Source of the DNA: Nymphaea colorata
Lineage: Eukaryota
Length of the DNA: 64,000 nt
Direction of reading: 5' to 3'
Assembly (NCBI RefSeq): GCF_008831285.2
Contig: NC_045138.2
Location: 36,518,001 to 36,582,000 of the forward strand
Shown here one piece after another: positions 1 through 23,800 of this stretch (positions are counted from its first letter, which is position 1; the number at the start of each line of letters is the position of its first letter). The notes beneath the pieces were generated by a model, which did not search any database, had not been told where the DNA came from, and was given only the letters and a program-made list of their open reading frames with translations. A program made the translations under genes and the position numbers.

Positions 1-69
1 TAGTTTCCCATATTTGTGGGGTATGTTTTAAGGCTTTAAGCTTGCCAGCTTTAGTTTCTGGCACTGAAG

Positions 70-443
70 CATAGTCATAAAAATCACGGTCTTTTAGTCA
101 GTCATTTAAGACTTAAGAGGAAAACACAGTTTTGTGGAGAAAAATGCAAAAACAGAAAAAGCGTGAAAAATGTGTTCTTTTTGTAACCTTTTTTTCATTT
201 TAGTTGTTTTTTCTTTTACTTTTTTTAATACCATTTTCATTTTCTAATTTTTATTTGTTGCTTATTTAGTTACTTTTTTTATGTTTGTGTTATTAGTTTC
301 TCACTTATTTTATTATTCCTAAACATTAGTATTTTTTATTTTTAAAAATTTACCGTATTTTTCTCATTTTTTTTCAAGCTCGCCATATTACACCTGAGAA
401 AAACCTTGCCGTTTAAAAGACGAGAACATTTTTTGTGACTATG
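70..443. mobile_element. hAT-type MITE in a GYRB intron
   Basis: TIRs CATAGTCATAAAAA (70-83) and TTTTTGTGACTATG (430-443); 8-bp flanking repeats CACTGAAG (62-69) and CACTGATG (444-451), 7/8 identical; AT-rich non-coding interior. Confidence 0.8.
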
Positions 444-748
444 CACTGATGTCAAGTCTTGTACATGCTAGATGTAAACTCATTGGAAACAAAACTATAC
501 CAGTAGAATAATCTTGCCGTTTTGGGGTAAAACTATGTTAAACAGGCTGCTAGGTTTTAATGCCAGTTCTGGGTTATCTGTTCTATACATTTACAGGATT
601 ATTGCATGAATAATTTTGACTTACTGTTAGTAACTGAAAAGGATGTACCTGATCCTATCAAGCACCAAGTTTTCTAATTATATTGCTTAGATGTCACAAA
701 GCCTGAATATATTGACTTCAGCATGCCATTTTTGGCTCCTTTTACCAG

Positions 749-11020
<10,272 letters not shown>

Positions 11021-11831
11021 GGCTGCATATATGAGACCAGTTTTAGAAAAATGTGTACACTTACAACCTTACAAAAGAGTTGGGGTTCCTGATACAGAGC
11101 TATGTTGATCTGAAGAGCATGGGCCTTGGCCATGGTGGATTGGAGCTCCAGTTTGCTGAGTTTTTTGGTTTGTGGGCGGGGGCCGGGCTGGTAGGCTGCC
11201 CCTTCTTGATTTGTGTGATCTCAAATGGTCTTCATAGCTTAATGACGTACTTGTTGATTTATTTTAATTTATGTTGGTCTGCGGCTTCAGTTGTTTATCT
11301 CAAGGTGTTTCCATACATTCAAAGGGAAGCGGTTGATCCTGTGAGTTTCATGTTGCAGCTTAGCCGCCTTTGCACCAAAAGCGAAGGCTGTGCAAAATAG
11401 AGGCATATTTGTTGTACTAAATTATACAAATAGTGGAAAGTGCGCTTCTTGTGCCGGGAACTTGTGTAGCATGTCGCCAACTTCAGCAGGCAGACGGATG
11501 GATCATAAAACTCTTGTGATTCGCATATATTTTCGCAGACTGAGTGGTCTAACCAAGGCATCCAGTCATGGGGCATGTTTATTTGTTTGTCCACAGGTCC
11601 ATTCTACGTGATAACTGGTTGAAAATCGGAGTTTCAAGTCGCATGAGGTTAGTTTTTGTTTCTAGAAATTGTAATTTTTTTAGCTAAAGAAAATCAAACC
11701 TGTTACAGTAATGTTCCGAACGTCTTTGAAGACTAAAAAATTGGTCAAATCACGCTACTTTTTAAAACCTTGCAAACGTGTTAGCTCCCACCTGTGGTAT
11801 TTAAATTTAATCTGTAATTTTCAAGACAGCT

Positions 11832-11973
11832 AGGGCTGTTTGGGAACATGACCGTTACCATGCATCTACTTAAAAAAAATGTGGCGGATTCATGAAACAT
11901 CTTTTAAAGTGTTCAATTAACCTAACCAATTTTTGGGTTCGATTCACATGATTTTACAGTTCCCAAACACCTC
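11832..11973. mobile_element. Small Tourist-like MITE
   Basis: 11-bp perfect inverted repeat TGTTTGGGAAC (11837-11847) / GTTCCCAAACA (11959-11969); no clear TSD. Confidence 0.45.
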
Positions 11974-13676
11974 AACTCATATGAACAAGTCATCTTGCGG
12001 CTTTCCCATACAGGGAAGTTGCCCTCTAATTGGATGGACATGTAGTTTCAAAAAGGTCGATTTGAGTTTGAACCTCAGTATAGGTTTTAGTAAATCAGAT
12101 TTGATTAGATTCTGGTGGCTCAAGTTCGCCCGTTACACACCTTTTGGCCTAATCGCTGGATCTTGGGATGGGAATATCTATGAAAGAAACAGCGAAGAGA
12201 AAAAAGAGGGCGTCATCTGTGTACAACAATGTTGAGTATCCTTCTCTATCCGACCATGGTTTTATCATTTTTATTGTTTTGATCAGTTTAAGTAATTGTT
12301 TTAATTCACAAACACAGGCCGACGAGGAACAATGTGTATCGGGTGATACTGTATGACGGTGATCAAACTGATGCAGCGCTAGTATCAGCCGTTAAGGCCA
12401 GTTTGGAGGTGCTCGTAGATGTTTCAGAATATGCGATACCCGTGAATGTTTTAAAACCCTTCAAGAGAAATATTATGCAGTTGGTAACGAGAAAAAAAAA
12501 AAATGTTTCATGTAGCAACTTACTGAAAACATTACAGTTTGATTCTTACAGCCCTTCTCTGCTGCAGAGTTTGAAAGCCTCTTTGGATTATTGATAGACG
12601 TTACAATGGACAGGTGGTGCAAGAGAAAGGTACGAGTTCCTTAGATCAGTCAGCAATGTTGCCAAAACATGGTCACGACTGTGGACATAAGAGAATTCTC
12701 ATTCGCGATCATGAAAATTTTGAGACAAGAAAACGTAATTTGATAAAAGTATTAAGCAAGTGGAATAACTGGAGTCCTCGACTCCTAATGGGGCACGACA
12801 GTGAAAGGATCAAGTTACTTTTAGGGGGCCAGGATTCGGAAATTTGAACGGTCACAATTATTTCAGATGTGTGGGCCTCCTGCAACGGTTCAAAAATAAA
12901 GGCGGAGTTGCAGAACTGAATGGTCAGCGTATATTGTGTCTTCTAAGTTATAGGACGACAGATTCAGGATCACCAGCTGCGGACCTGCGGTATTATATGT
13001 CGCTATCTCGTCTCATCTTTTCTCCAGTTTCAGGATCACACGCGACGAGCCACAAGTGTTTACCTTTTGTTAATATATAAAATTGGCATGTATAAAAGTG
13101 TCTTGGTATCAATTTATAGGAAAATATATTCATGCAACAAAAGTTCTATGGCCTTCAAAGCCAGGTTTAGAAAATAAACTGATGGATCACTTAAGAGGCA
13201 CATTTGCTCAAGGCTTTTCCTTAATAACAAATGCATATGGCGGCCTAAGATCATGAAACAGAGCATCCACTGATAATATAAAATGACGGTGGAAAAACTA
13301 GCTCTCATTTCTTAATCATAACTAAACAAAAGTCCTTCGCTTCAGCAGATCTAACAGAAAAGCGAGCGCTCAAGTCATCAAAAGGATGACTAAGTCCTCA
13401 AAACCAACTTTTCTACTTGTATTCCTGAACATTACGGTACCGCCCAAATTGAGAAGCATAGCCATGAACCGTGACATGATCAAATCCAACTTGGACAAGG
13501 TGACGATCTACGCCAAAACAACCAAACTAATGTTCTTCTTTTCAGAATCAAAGGAAGCTATTGACACCTTCCATCTCGCACTCACTTAACGCTAGCTCAA
13601 GGCGTGAAATCCGATCTTGAGACATTTCGGCAGCTGCCTCTGCATCAAGAGAATAGAGTCGGCAACTGGAAGGCGG

Positions 13677-14552
13677 CTACATGCATTCTGGATGAGCTTT
13701 TTTATGAGCCAGAAGGTTGCATCTGAATGCAAATTTCATCCCACATTTGCATCCTATGGGCTCTCCGCAGAGCTTTAGGTGGTCTCTCAGATCCACCTCA
13801 ACATAGAATTTTTTCCCACATTTCTTGCAGCAATGCATCTTCTCCCCCTCTGAGTGCTTCCTGCCGAAATGGCGCCTCAGTTCGTAAAGGCCGACGAATG
13901 TCCCTCCACAGACTGGGCATCTACATGGAATCTTCTTGTTCTGTCCTGCCCTGCATGCATGAGGAACTGGTTCTGAGCTCAGTTGAAGAGAAACCTCATC
14001 GGAACTGTGAGTCTTGGAATGCATTTTCAGTGTCTGAGGATTCTTGAAAGTTTTCTCACACCCACAATGAGAGCATTTGAAGGGCCTTTTGTTTTGAATG
14101 AGATGAAGAGAAACCATGGCTATGTCGGTACATTTCTGTTCAGCAGAGGCCTCCTCCAGAGATGGTTTTTTGGCGCTTCTGGGTGTATTCCCGAAAGAGT
14201 TGTCCTGTCCAAACCCTATTTCGGCCAAACCAGCGTTGCCAACATTAACATCCTCCATTAAAGCATCATGGATCGACTTCAATTCTGCCTCCAGGACATC
14301 AAGCTCCTCGGATGAAGGCGAAGGCTCTAATGGGCAGCTTGCAGTTTTAGTACTGCATGCAGTTGGAAGAGTAGATCCTTCCGAAAATCTATCGAATGGA
14401 ACACCAAGATTACAGAATCCAGAAAATGCGGAAGCCTCATCGCTGAAGCAGTCGAGCTCATCTGACACCATCAGAGGATTAAAATCACAAGCTTCTGTAG
14501 CTTCCAGAAGCACAGAAGAGCTCGGAAGCGAAGAGACAGAACTCGACTCCAT
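13677..14552 (-). CDS. Four-finger C2H2/C2HC zinc-finger protein (STOP1/WIP/IDD-like finger layout), 291 aa
   Basis: Uninterrupted ORF with an acidic, Ser-rich N-half. Fingers: CSHCGC...HSKTH, CPVC...HFGRKH, CKKC...HLKLC, CKC...HKKAH. An in-frame TAG 6 nt before the ATG lies in a pyrimidine-rich CTAG context, so an upstream UTR or coding exon is possible. Confidence 0.88.
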   Translation of the reverse strand: MESSSVSSLPSSSVLLEATEACDFNPLMVSDELDCFSDEASAFSGFCNLGVPFDRFSEGSTLPTACSTKTASCPLEPSPSSEELDVLEAELKSIHDALMEDVNVGNAGLAEIGFGQDNSFGNTPRSAKKPSLEEASAEQKCTDIAMVSLHLIQNKRPFKCSHCGCEKTFKNPQTLKMHSKTHSSDEVSLQLSSEPVPHACRAGQNKKIPCRCPVCGGTFVGLYELRRHFGRKHSEGEKMHCCKKCGKKFYVEVDLRDHLKLCGEPIGCKCGMKFAFRCNLLAHKKAHPECM

Positions 14553-16117
14553 CTTCTAGCAGTGAGAGAGATCCTTTTTGCTGAAGATGGGTTCCCTGCA
14601 CGAGGAAACGAACCAGTGAGGTTAGAATCTTCTCTTCGAGGGATCGCATTTTCTCCCGGCTTCCTCTTCCCATTTCACCATCTTGGTCCAAGTTGGTAGG
14701 ATGTTCTGAGAGAAACGCCAGAGCAATCGTTCAAAAGCCCTTGGTTGATTGACAGGGAGAGTGCGTATGGTACCCATGTACGTACATATTACAGTTGCCC
14801 GGAGGGAGATCAGTTTTTGTAAGATCCCCTTCTCCACTTTCGGTCTGCTTCTTGCTTTACCATGCCTTTCTTAATCTCATTGCTTATCTTAATTATCGTA
14901 TCTTTTCCATTTGATGGTTACCATTGCGGATGTACAGGGCCAACATGGGAAGAAAAATGCAGAGATTTTAGAAATACCTCATCAATTAAGGGAATGTTTG
15001 AAGGAAACGAGAAATTTATGAGAGAGCCGGTGATGAGAAACTGACATACTGGACATAGTACGATTTCCTATTTCCTTCAAAACCAAGGAAGCTTTTACTG
15101 CATTGGATTCCAGAGCTTCTCACACAAATCAAGCCGCAGTTTGCGCCCATGATTGAGTCACTTTTCACTAGAACTCTCTATTCAAGGCTACGGCATTAAA
15201 GCCCTCATGAAGAGAAGGGCAAACCATAACGTTCCTGTGCCTATATTCCCCTGGAACAGAGTGACACCTTTCCACCTGTGAACAGTGAGAGCATCAGGCG
15301 CCATATATGCTTTTTTTTTTCGCCTACTCATCTTCCCTCCGGCTCACTGGAATGAAACAATGGCACCTAATGAAGAATTCACAGCAACGCGTAACTTGCA
15401 AACAAGAGTTGCTGCCAGCAAAGGAGCGACCTCTGAGCTCAAATTCAAAACTTGGTGCGACCCCATCAAAGCTCTTGAACTAATGAATGCGTAAAAAGAG
15501 AAGCAAATGACAGATCACATTACTTTTCGTATATGTAGGCAGAGATCAACTGGGTTGCTTAAAGGAAAACTACAATAAGAAGTTGGAGCTGATTACTGTA
15601 CGCATACAAAGCCTTTTAGTTTTCCAGAAAGTAGTGGCCTTATAAAATGCATGCGACTACAGACTTCTGAGATTTTTTATATTTGTGAATTAAGAGTTGT
15701 AAAAATTACTGAACTGAAAACTGAAACTGCATTTTCTTTTCTCTACTGAAGACTAGCCATAAGGGCCAAAATAAACTGTATTTATTCAGAGGCCATCAAA
15801 TAAATCGGATAATAGATATTTTTCCTCAACAATGAGGAACTTTAAGAATCTGACCGGAGCAATCGGTTGAGGCGTATGAGTACAGCAGCCAAAAATGCTA
15901 ACAGTTTCAATGGCAGCATTCTCAGGACTCTCATTCACAGGGTCTTTATGTCAACGCTGTTGCTCTTACCATTTGCAATTTACCTGCGCCAATCCGCTGG
16001 TCTTCTTTTCCACAATTTCTTTCCTGTTTAAGGCGCTGTAACTCAAAATCTGGAAAATCTGTAACAGAAAAAGCTGCTTAAAATTTTACTGTCAGCCTTT
16101 AAAGAATTAATGTCATA

Positions 16118-16450
16118 TTCTCTGCCTCTCTTTCTGTGGCTCTCGTCTTGTGCAAGGAGATGTCCAGTTTGCCATTCGGTTGAAGCCCCGCTGCCCGTCT
16201 GCGGCTGAGTGATTGTGCCACTCCGTTTTTACTCTCTCACCTCGACTCTCTTATTTTTTTGTGCATTGTATTGTATATTTTTTCTTCCTGCTTTTGTTTT
16301 TGTGATTTGTTTTTTGCGGATTGTTTTTTTTACCTGAGGACCTCTTGTCTCCAAATTTTGTTATATATTCTCATTTTATCGGTTCTCTCTCTCATTTCTA
16401 TCACACAAAAGTCATGACACACAAAAGTCATGATTTACAAAAAAAGAGAA
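16118..16450 (+). mobile_element. LINE 3'-end fragment, same family as 25770-26806
   Basis: Shares TGTGGCTC(TC)GTCT(T/A)GTGCA(A/G)G(G/A)GATGTCCA, TTTTGCGG and GAC(C/T)TCTTGTC(T/C)CCAAATTTTGTTAT...CATTTTAT with 26540-26770; ends in an A-rich tail. Confidence 0.55.
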
Positions 16451-16728
16451 CAAAGAAAGATAAAATTTATAATGTAATTGTTTTAGTTGGACATGGAAAT
16501 TTTTGCAATGTTTAACATTTTTGCAATGTTTTTTTTTACCTGAGGACTTCTTGTCTCCAAATTCATTTTATCGGCTCTCTCTCTCTCATTTCTATCACAC
16601 AAAAGTCATGATTTACATTTCTATCACACAAAAGTCATGATTTACAAAAAAGAAAAGAAAGAAAGATAAAATTTATAATGTAATTGTTTTAGTTGGACAT
16701 GGAAATTTTTGCAATGTTTAACATTTTG
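16323..16728. repeat. About 200 bp tandem duplication spanning the LINE tail and flank
   Basis: TTTTTACCTGAGGAC...CACAAAAGTCATGA...GGAAATTTTTGCAATGTTTAACATTTT occurs at about 16323-16522 and 16527-16728. Confidence 0.85.
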
Positions 16729-17736
16729 AGATTGTTATTAAAAAATATATATCATGATAAGTTTCTGACATCATTTGAATGGTACTAAGTACGGGATCCC
16801 ATTCGAAGTTCAATTTCATTCGCAAGGCAAAAAGAGTTTGTAGAAGCATTTCCAAACGAGAACAACTCTCATGGTGCCCTCAAGGTCGTTTGACTAACTG
16901 TCTTCGCCTCTCTCTTAGTGTGTGTGTGTGTTTGCTGCAGGTTATGACCATTAGCAAAACTAAATTATGCATGAGCCTTTGAAGTGGGAACCACATTCAC
17001 GTTAATGCGAAACGAGCAATGCCTTCAGGAACAGTGACAACTGACAACCACGGACGTAAGTTCATCCCGCTTGATAATCACGGGGAATCATTCCCCGGAT
17101 CAAGCTCTGTGAGAGTGGTTGGAACACAAATGGTCCGAGATGACCAATTTGTTGTGACCCATCCAACTCGGAGGCCGTAAGTATGACCCTCTACTTATGT
17201 GGACGAAACTTTCGTTGACATAAATATTGATTATTTAAGTTGATCAAAAGTTTCTTGAAGCGTTGCATGAACCATCCTTTTCTAGTGTGACCTTGTCTAA
17301 ACATTCGAAGTTCAAAATATGATCGAATACTGAAATCACGTTTAAGCAACGCTCAAGCTCTTGGTTAGCTCTTCAAGTATTAGTAAAATTTAAGACAGAA
17401 CATGTGAATTGGGAAGATTGGCAGTATCAATCTTTCTCTCTCTCTCTTTCTCTCTCTACACATATATGTGTGTGTTAGGGTCCCAACGGTATATGTGTGT
17501 GTGTGCCAACGGCCAGCCCGTGGTCCATTGCACCGCTTGACCCATGCTTTGGTGGTGAGGGTTCACTCCACTCACACGCTTGGCCGGGACTCCGTTAAGA
17601 CTAAGAAAATAAAGACGACTCCCCTGGCTTGGTCGGTCCGGCCAAATTACGAGCTCTGGGAGAGGGAGGAGGAGAGAGACACAGAGTCATCCATTCTCTG
17701 CAACTCCACCGGGAAAGGAAGCAAGAAGGAAGAAGT

Positions 17737-20151
17737 ATGGCGTTCGTGATGAGGCAGGTGAAGGTGCCGCCGAACTCGGCGAGCCTCGAGGAGGCGAGGG
17801 CAAGGACAATCGAGTTCTTCAAGCAGGCCTGCAGATCCATCCCCACCATCATGGAGATTCACAACCTATACGACGTCGTCACACCGTCCCAGCTCCGCTC
17901 CACCATCTCCGCCGAGATCAGGAAGAATGCCCACATCACCAGCCCCAAGGTTTCTGTTGCCACCCACTCTCCCTCACTTTTCCCCTCACTTGCCTTTTCT
18001 TTCTGCATCATAGAAGATCGTTACGGGAAAATGGTCTTCTCTTGAATTTTATGCAAAGGGCCATAGTCGATTGGTAGCGGATAGGGGATTTTTACTTCTT
18101 TTTCTTTTCGTTCCGTATGGATTTTCTTAATACTTGAGTTGGGTTGATTTTCATTATGATGGTGATTGGTTTTAAGTTCCTTTTTCTTTATCATTCACTT
18201 TTGCAATTGATGATCTGATGTGCACTATGTGGGTGTCTTCTTACACGATCAGTTGCTTGATGATAAGTGGCCATTGGTTTTGCTATTCAAAACCTGTTTC
18301 TCACCCTCTTTTCATGTTAGGGTTGAAAGTTTCTATTTGAGCTTTCTTTCCTTTTCTACCCTGTTATATGCCTAATGCAAAGGGATATACTGCAAACATT
18401 TGAGACTCGTTAGTGACGTTCTAAGGAAGTATTGCACTAGAAAGGCAAGAATCTCCTTCGGAAGGGGAGAAATGTCATATTTTGATTTTTCAATTTTGAT
18501 GTCTTACCGCATGAAAAAGGGAAACCTCATTCTGTCGTTCTGCACGGTGGGAGACTGTGCGAGCCAAATTGCTTCTGTCTTGTGTTAGTGCTCCATTTGG
18601 GTTCTAATAATTACATGAAGACGGACGGTGCTCAATCTCATGTCTCTGAGCTTCATTAGTCACCAGATGGCCATGACTGCCATCTATTTGGCAAAGTGCA
18701 TCTATTGCAATCATTTGAGTTCAATGTGAAAAAAACTCTACCCTGAAAGAGTGAATAAATACCATACCATGGTAGTTTTTTTATCGATCTCATAGAAGGT
18801 AGGTCACATGATAAGAGTTCCTCTAACCCAAGAACCGTAAATGGTCTTCATTCTGATGGTGAAGGAAAAAAATTTCATGTGAATAAGGTTAGTGAAGTCC
18901 TGACATCAAGTCCTCACATAAGTTTACCTGATAATAAGGTTGTGGCACTGTAATCCACCATTTTCATCTGCTATTGTCATGTTTTGAAATATGCAAACGG
19001 CTGATATAAAAAAAAAATTGGGCAGTTAAAATTGTTTTTGTCTGGCCTGGATAGTATCTAGTTTATTCAGTGTATCCATTCACTAAATCATTCATGACAA
19101 ATTGTGGTTATGACTGTTTTTCTTTTCTTGAATTCACCTTCGGAGATGAAAAAACAAGCAACCCATAATCAATGAGCTGGATATGCTCGATGACACTTGA
19201 CATGCTCATAAGTCACTTAAGATGTAGAGGAAATGATGCTTCCAGTAATTTCCTTTCGGGGAAGTTTTGACTTGCAGTCAAGCAACATTTGAGTTGGTCA
19301 ATTTGTACGTCTGAAGCGGATGAACGTAGAAGTAACAATGATCAGGAATGCATCTGTGAGTATGCTGCCCCTGAATCCATTTCAGACGTTGTGGAAGTTT
19401 TGAAGCCAAGTATGGAACGTTTGTCTGAATGTGCCTGCTTTACTCATCCTAGATCAAGTCCCTTATGTCCCTTTCGTGCAGCATAATCAGAATATTTGTG
19501 AGAGTTTGGCAATTGTGCTTCTTAGGACAATCCATTGTTTTAAGCCATGTTATCAAGCAGCCAGCAGCCAGAAATTGGTTTCCTTTGTGTGCTTAGTGAC
19601 CGAGAGATGGCAGAAAACAAGGTTGTATGCGGTGCTGATGTGCTGCCTCTTGCTACTTTTATGTATTACAGGTTTGCATTATGCATTTGGAGCCTATGTT
19701 TTTTTTTTCCATAGATTAGGGTGATGAACTTCGAAGTATATGCTTCTAGTACTGGGTTTTCGTAGCATATAATATAATTCGTTACATAATCCCTGGATAA
19801 GTTTCCAAATCTCAAACACTCCAAGAGTAAATGATGTCTGAAAGTTGCACCTTTTTTGGTGCTAAGCGCCTTTCTTACTTTTTGTGTTCCACTTTTTTTA
19901 CATTCTGTCTATGAATTCATATTTTACACAAGCCTTGGTAACATTGTGCTGCTGGCACTTAACAGATAATTGACATGCTTCTATTCAAAGGAGTCGAGGA
20001 ACTCAGCAACATTGTTGAACATGCAAAGCAACGTCATCATGTGATTGGTCAGTATGTAATTGGGCGTGGGGGCCTCGTGCAGGACACAAGCACCAAAGAC
20101 CAGGAGACATCAGAGTTCCTTAAGAAGTTCTACAGCACCAACTACTTCTGA
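17737..20151 (+). CDS. NDUFA6: NADH dehydrogenase (complex I) 1 alpha subcomplex subunit 6 / B14, LYR family, 132 aa
   Basis: Exon 1 17737-17949 (MAFVMRQVKVPPNSASLEEARARTIEFFKQACRSIPTIMEIHNLYDVVTPSQLRS...ITSPK) and exon 2 19966-20151 (IIDMLLFKGVEELSNIVEHAKQRHHVIGQYV...FLKKFYSTNYF*), joined by a phase-0 GT-AG intron; matches plant B14 as I know it. Confidence 0.95.
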
Positions 20152-20832
20152 GCTTCGAAACAAAACAAACTGCACTGCGTCAATTCTATCTTCATTTGGT
20201 TGTCAATGCCTTTTGAGTTCTGGGAATGGACCTTGCAAATAAGATGCTGGCACCTTAAGCATTTTGGAGCAAAATTTTTATTCCTCTGAATGTCTCTCAT
20301 AGTGTCTTGTGGAAGAAGAGCACAAAACTTCCAATCAAAGGGAAGAGAACAGAAATGGTGCTTTCTGTGACAAAGAAAAACTGTACTCTCTTTGAAAACA
20401 AGCCTTTCTGTGGTTCTTGATACAAGCTAGGATGCTAAACGTTCAGCTTTCCAGTGTTTCGTTTAGAACTCATCCCAGCCCCTGACGTTTTACCATGCCA
20501 TCTTGAAACTAATGAAACCTGTAATATCCGGTTAAATAATGGCCTTTTTCTCCAATAGCGTGTGTGTGAGAGAGACAGAGAGAGTCTATCATCTCAACTG
20601 TTTGGAATATCATCCATCTGATGTCACTTAATTTTTTTAAACAGGTACACGTTTATGGCAAGCAAAACTTAATAGACCTCTAAAATCGGCCTTTCCAATG
20701 GGAAAATGCGTTGTGTTCTCACAATCACGACGCACTCACAATTACAATGGAAAACAAGAAAAAGAGAAGGCATTCAAACATCAATAATAAGAACAAGAAT
20801 GAAACTGCCTTAAAACGCTGATCCTACATTCA

Positions 20833-23800
20833 TCATTCCAGCAATCCTGCTACCGCAATCTTGTTGCAACTGTTAAGCTGCGCCAGCTGAGATGCCATTG
20901 TTCCCTGTAGAAGTATATTGTCTGCCTTCAGTCTTTCTGCGAATCCATATGCAGGTTGCTTTGCATTTATATATGCAAAGAGTAGCCGCCGATACGTACC
21001 AACCTTCCTGCTGTATCCGGCCTGTCTGAACTGCTCGAAGATTTTCTCGGCATTGTGAATATCGCCCTCCTCTGCGTATCTATCTAAGATGGCCAAATAA
21101 GTGACGTACTTGGGCATTGCATGGTGTTGCTGCTGCAGAGCCATCTGGAGGATAGAGTCAGCCCTCCGCACCTCACCCGATTGCAAATAAAGCTTCACAA
21201 TTGTGTCCAGCGTCAAGGGCCTCAGCCTGCCACCCTCTTCCAACATGCGCTTCACCAAATGTTTGGCCTTATCATGCAGCTTGTGGTTTGTATAAACCTT
21301 AAGTAACGCGGTGCAGATTCTCTGGGGCAGCTTCCCTCCACAGTCAATCCTCTTTTGAAACACTGCCTCTGCATTCTCTATCTTACCCAGCTTTCCCCAT
21401 GCTTCAATGGCAAATATAAACTCAGCATGTCGTGGATTTCGCTCACAGAGTTTCCAGATTCGGCTAACATCATCAGCTCTGCCAAGGGCAGCGTAGAGAG
21501 AAAGTAAACCTATGCAAGCACTACGTTTAACCTTTGATGGATCTCCTTCCATTTCCTTTAAGACTGCATCTACCTTCTCATAAAACCTGCCTTTGATGTA
21601 GTAGCTAGCTATCAGATATTGGGTATATCCATCAGGAACTATCCCGTCAGATTTCATTTTCTCTACAACTTGTTCCATCCCCTCATAATCACCAACTCTA
21701 CCTTTTGCATCAATCAAGATCTTATAAGTGAAGCCTGTTGGCTCAACATTTTCATTCTCCATCAGCAGTAGAACATCTGCAAATTTCTTTCTGTCAAGTA
21801 TTTTGTACAGTGCAAGCAGTTGGTTACATGAAAATGCAGTCAGCGAGAAGCCTTTCTTCTTCATTAATTTAAACAACGCCTCTGCTTTGCTTAACATTTG
21901 CATGCTAGTGTAGTTGGCCAAGAGAGTCCTGTAAACCAATTCAGTTTGCATATTTGGTGGGAATTTTTCAAGGCAAAGTTCAGCAGCATGAATGCCACGA
22001 ACTTTGGCAACCAAATCTAGACGCGAAGCATAGTCTCGGTCAGTGAAAGGTAGGCTACCACTTGCTTCCAACCATTCTGAAAGCTGCAAAACCATGGATC
22101 AAATGTAAGAAAAAGAGCAAATGCTAAAGTTAACTTTCATCTTTTTTTGCTGCAGCAAGCCAATGACAAAGGATAAATCATTTTCTGAAGTCCATGATGA
22201 TGATACACCAAACTTAAAGAGAAGGTAGTTGTACGTAATTTGTTTGGCTTCTCCTTTTTGTCTTTTAAGATCAAAGTACAAGCCTTGCCTCACTGGCATT
22301 CAAATAGGTGAATTTATCAAAGCTTGGCCAGCTTTATAGAAAAAGGTAAAAAAGAACAGAAGAAAAGGGAAAGACAGAGATTTGAGGATCAGCTTCAAGC
22401 ACTATCTGCTGCCATGAGTTCAATGTCTCTTTAAACATATGTCAGCACACATACAGACACAATTCATGTTTGCTAGTTTTTTGCCAGTCTCACCTTTTGT
22501 CTTCATCGCTCAAGAAAATAGAAAAAACCTACTGATAGAACAATTTCCTCTCACTTGCAGTAACGAATAGGAACCTTTTTCTTAATCTGCAGAGTGATAA
22601 TAATGCATGCACTTTAGCTTCAACTTAGGTGCACAAAGTCTCGAGTAATCAAACAGAGAGATTCCTAAGGGGGTTGATGCAGTTGGTTGGGCTTTGGATG
22701 TCAAGAAACAGAGTTTAAATCCAAGCCTAAACAGGTATTCATCGGGAGGCCAGGGTACAAGCCACGGGGTTTTATGCCAACCTCTTGTCTGCACTTCCAA
22801 CTGTACCTATTTGCATCCTTAAAACTCTTTGAGCTGAATAGTGTCCAATGTACAAGATTAGAGGAACTTGTTATTTGTTAACGTGTTGCTTTATTTCAGT
22901 TAACAATTGAACAGAACTTGTTAATGTATTTCTTCATTTCAGTTAACCATTGAACTACATCTTGAGAATATAATTGCCAGAGAACAACCAATGGATCAGT
23001 AGTTTCTGCAATGAAGATAACAGCAAGTCCTTTGTGTCCATATAGTAACACGTTCATTGAGGCAACTTAGCAAAAATATAAACCTTAAATCTGTTCAATC
23101 ATAAAATTACTTGTTTACTACCAGTCTACCAGCAAGCAAGAACTGCATTTTTATTAAGCTTAAGATATGGAATGCAACAAAATGACAAATGTGGAAAACA
23201 ATTTATTCCTTTACCTAATAATATCTATATTGAACACCATATTATTATCAATATTGCTCTCATCAAATGGGGTAGGGCTCACGATTCAAGTCCTCTTGTT
23301 CTGCCTAATATAAAGCTAAAAATAAATCAACAATCATTCCGTGCCCTTCTACAGTTTCATTAAATCGGTTTGGCAGCAAAATCAAAACACCATGACCTGA
23401 GAGGACAAGAACAAAAAAGTTGCTTCATAATTATCCTATCTGTTTCCATTATTGGTTTCGCACTTGTACATACAGAACATCAAAGCCTAAAAGATAAAAA
23501 CAAGTTGGTAGTCCACGAAGGTATTCAAGTGTGATTGCTTCATTACCAATTAGATGCAAGAACATTTCTCAAGTGGAGCCTACAAATGATTGCTCGCACA
23601 ACCAAGAAAATTAACATGAACATCCATGTGCTTTTTCCAATGTGTGCTCACCGTAATCAGTTTCATGTGCCACCATTCAGCTCTCCATTACGCTTCATAC
23701 AGGAGGGTGTTGCTATTGAATTAAAGGAAAGCAGAAAGCTCATAGTAAACATGGTCCCAAATTAACGTGCTATAATATTTTCTCGTTTTTTTTTTAAGAA

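Noticed and set aside
13727..14559. Plus-strand ORFs of 106, 92 and 147 aa
   Set aside because: Antisense shadows of the zinc-finger CDS, with no motifs.
17629..18045. 138-aa ORF as the full NDUFA6 protein
   Set aside because: It includes 5' UTR and intron read-through; the real CDS starts at 17737 and splices at 17949.
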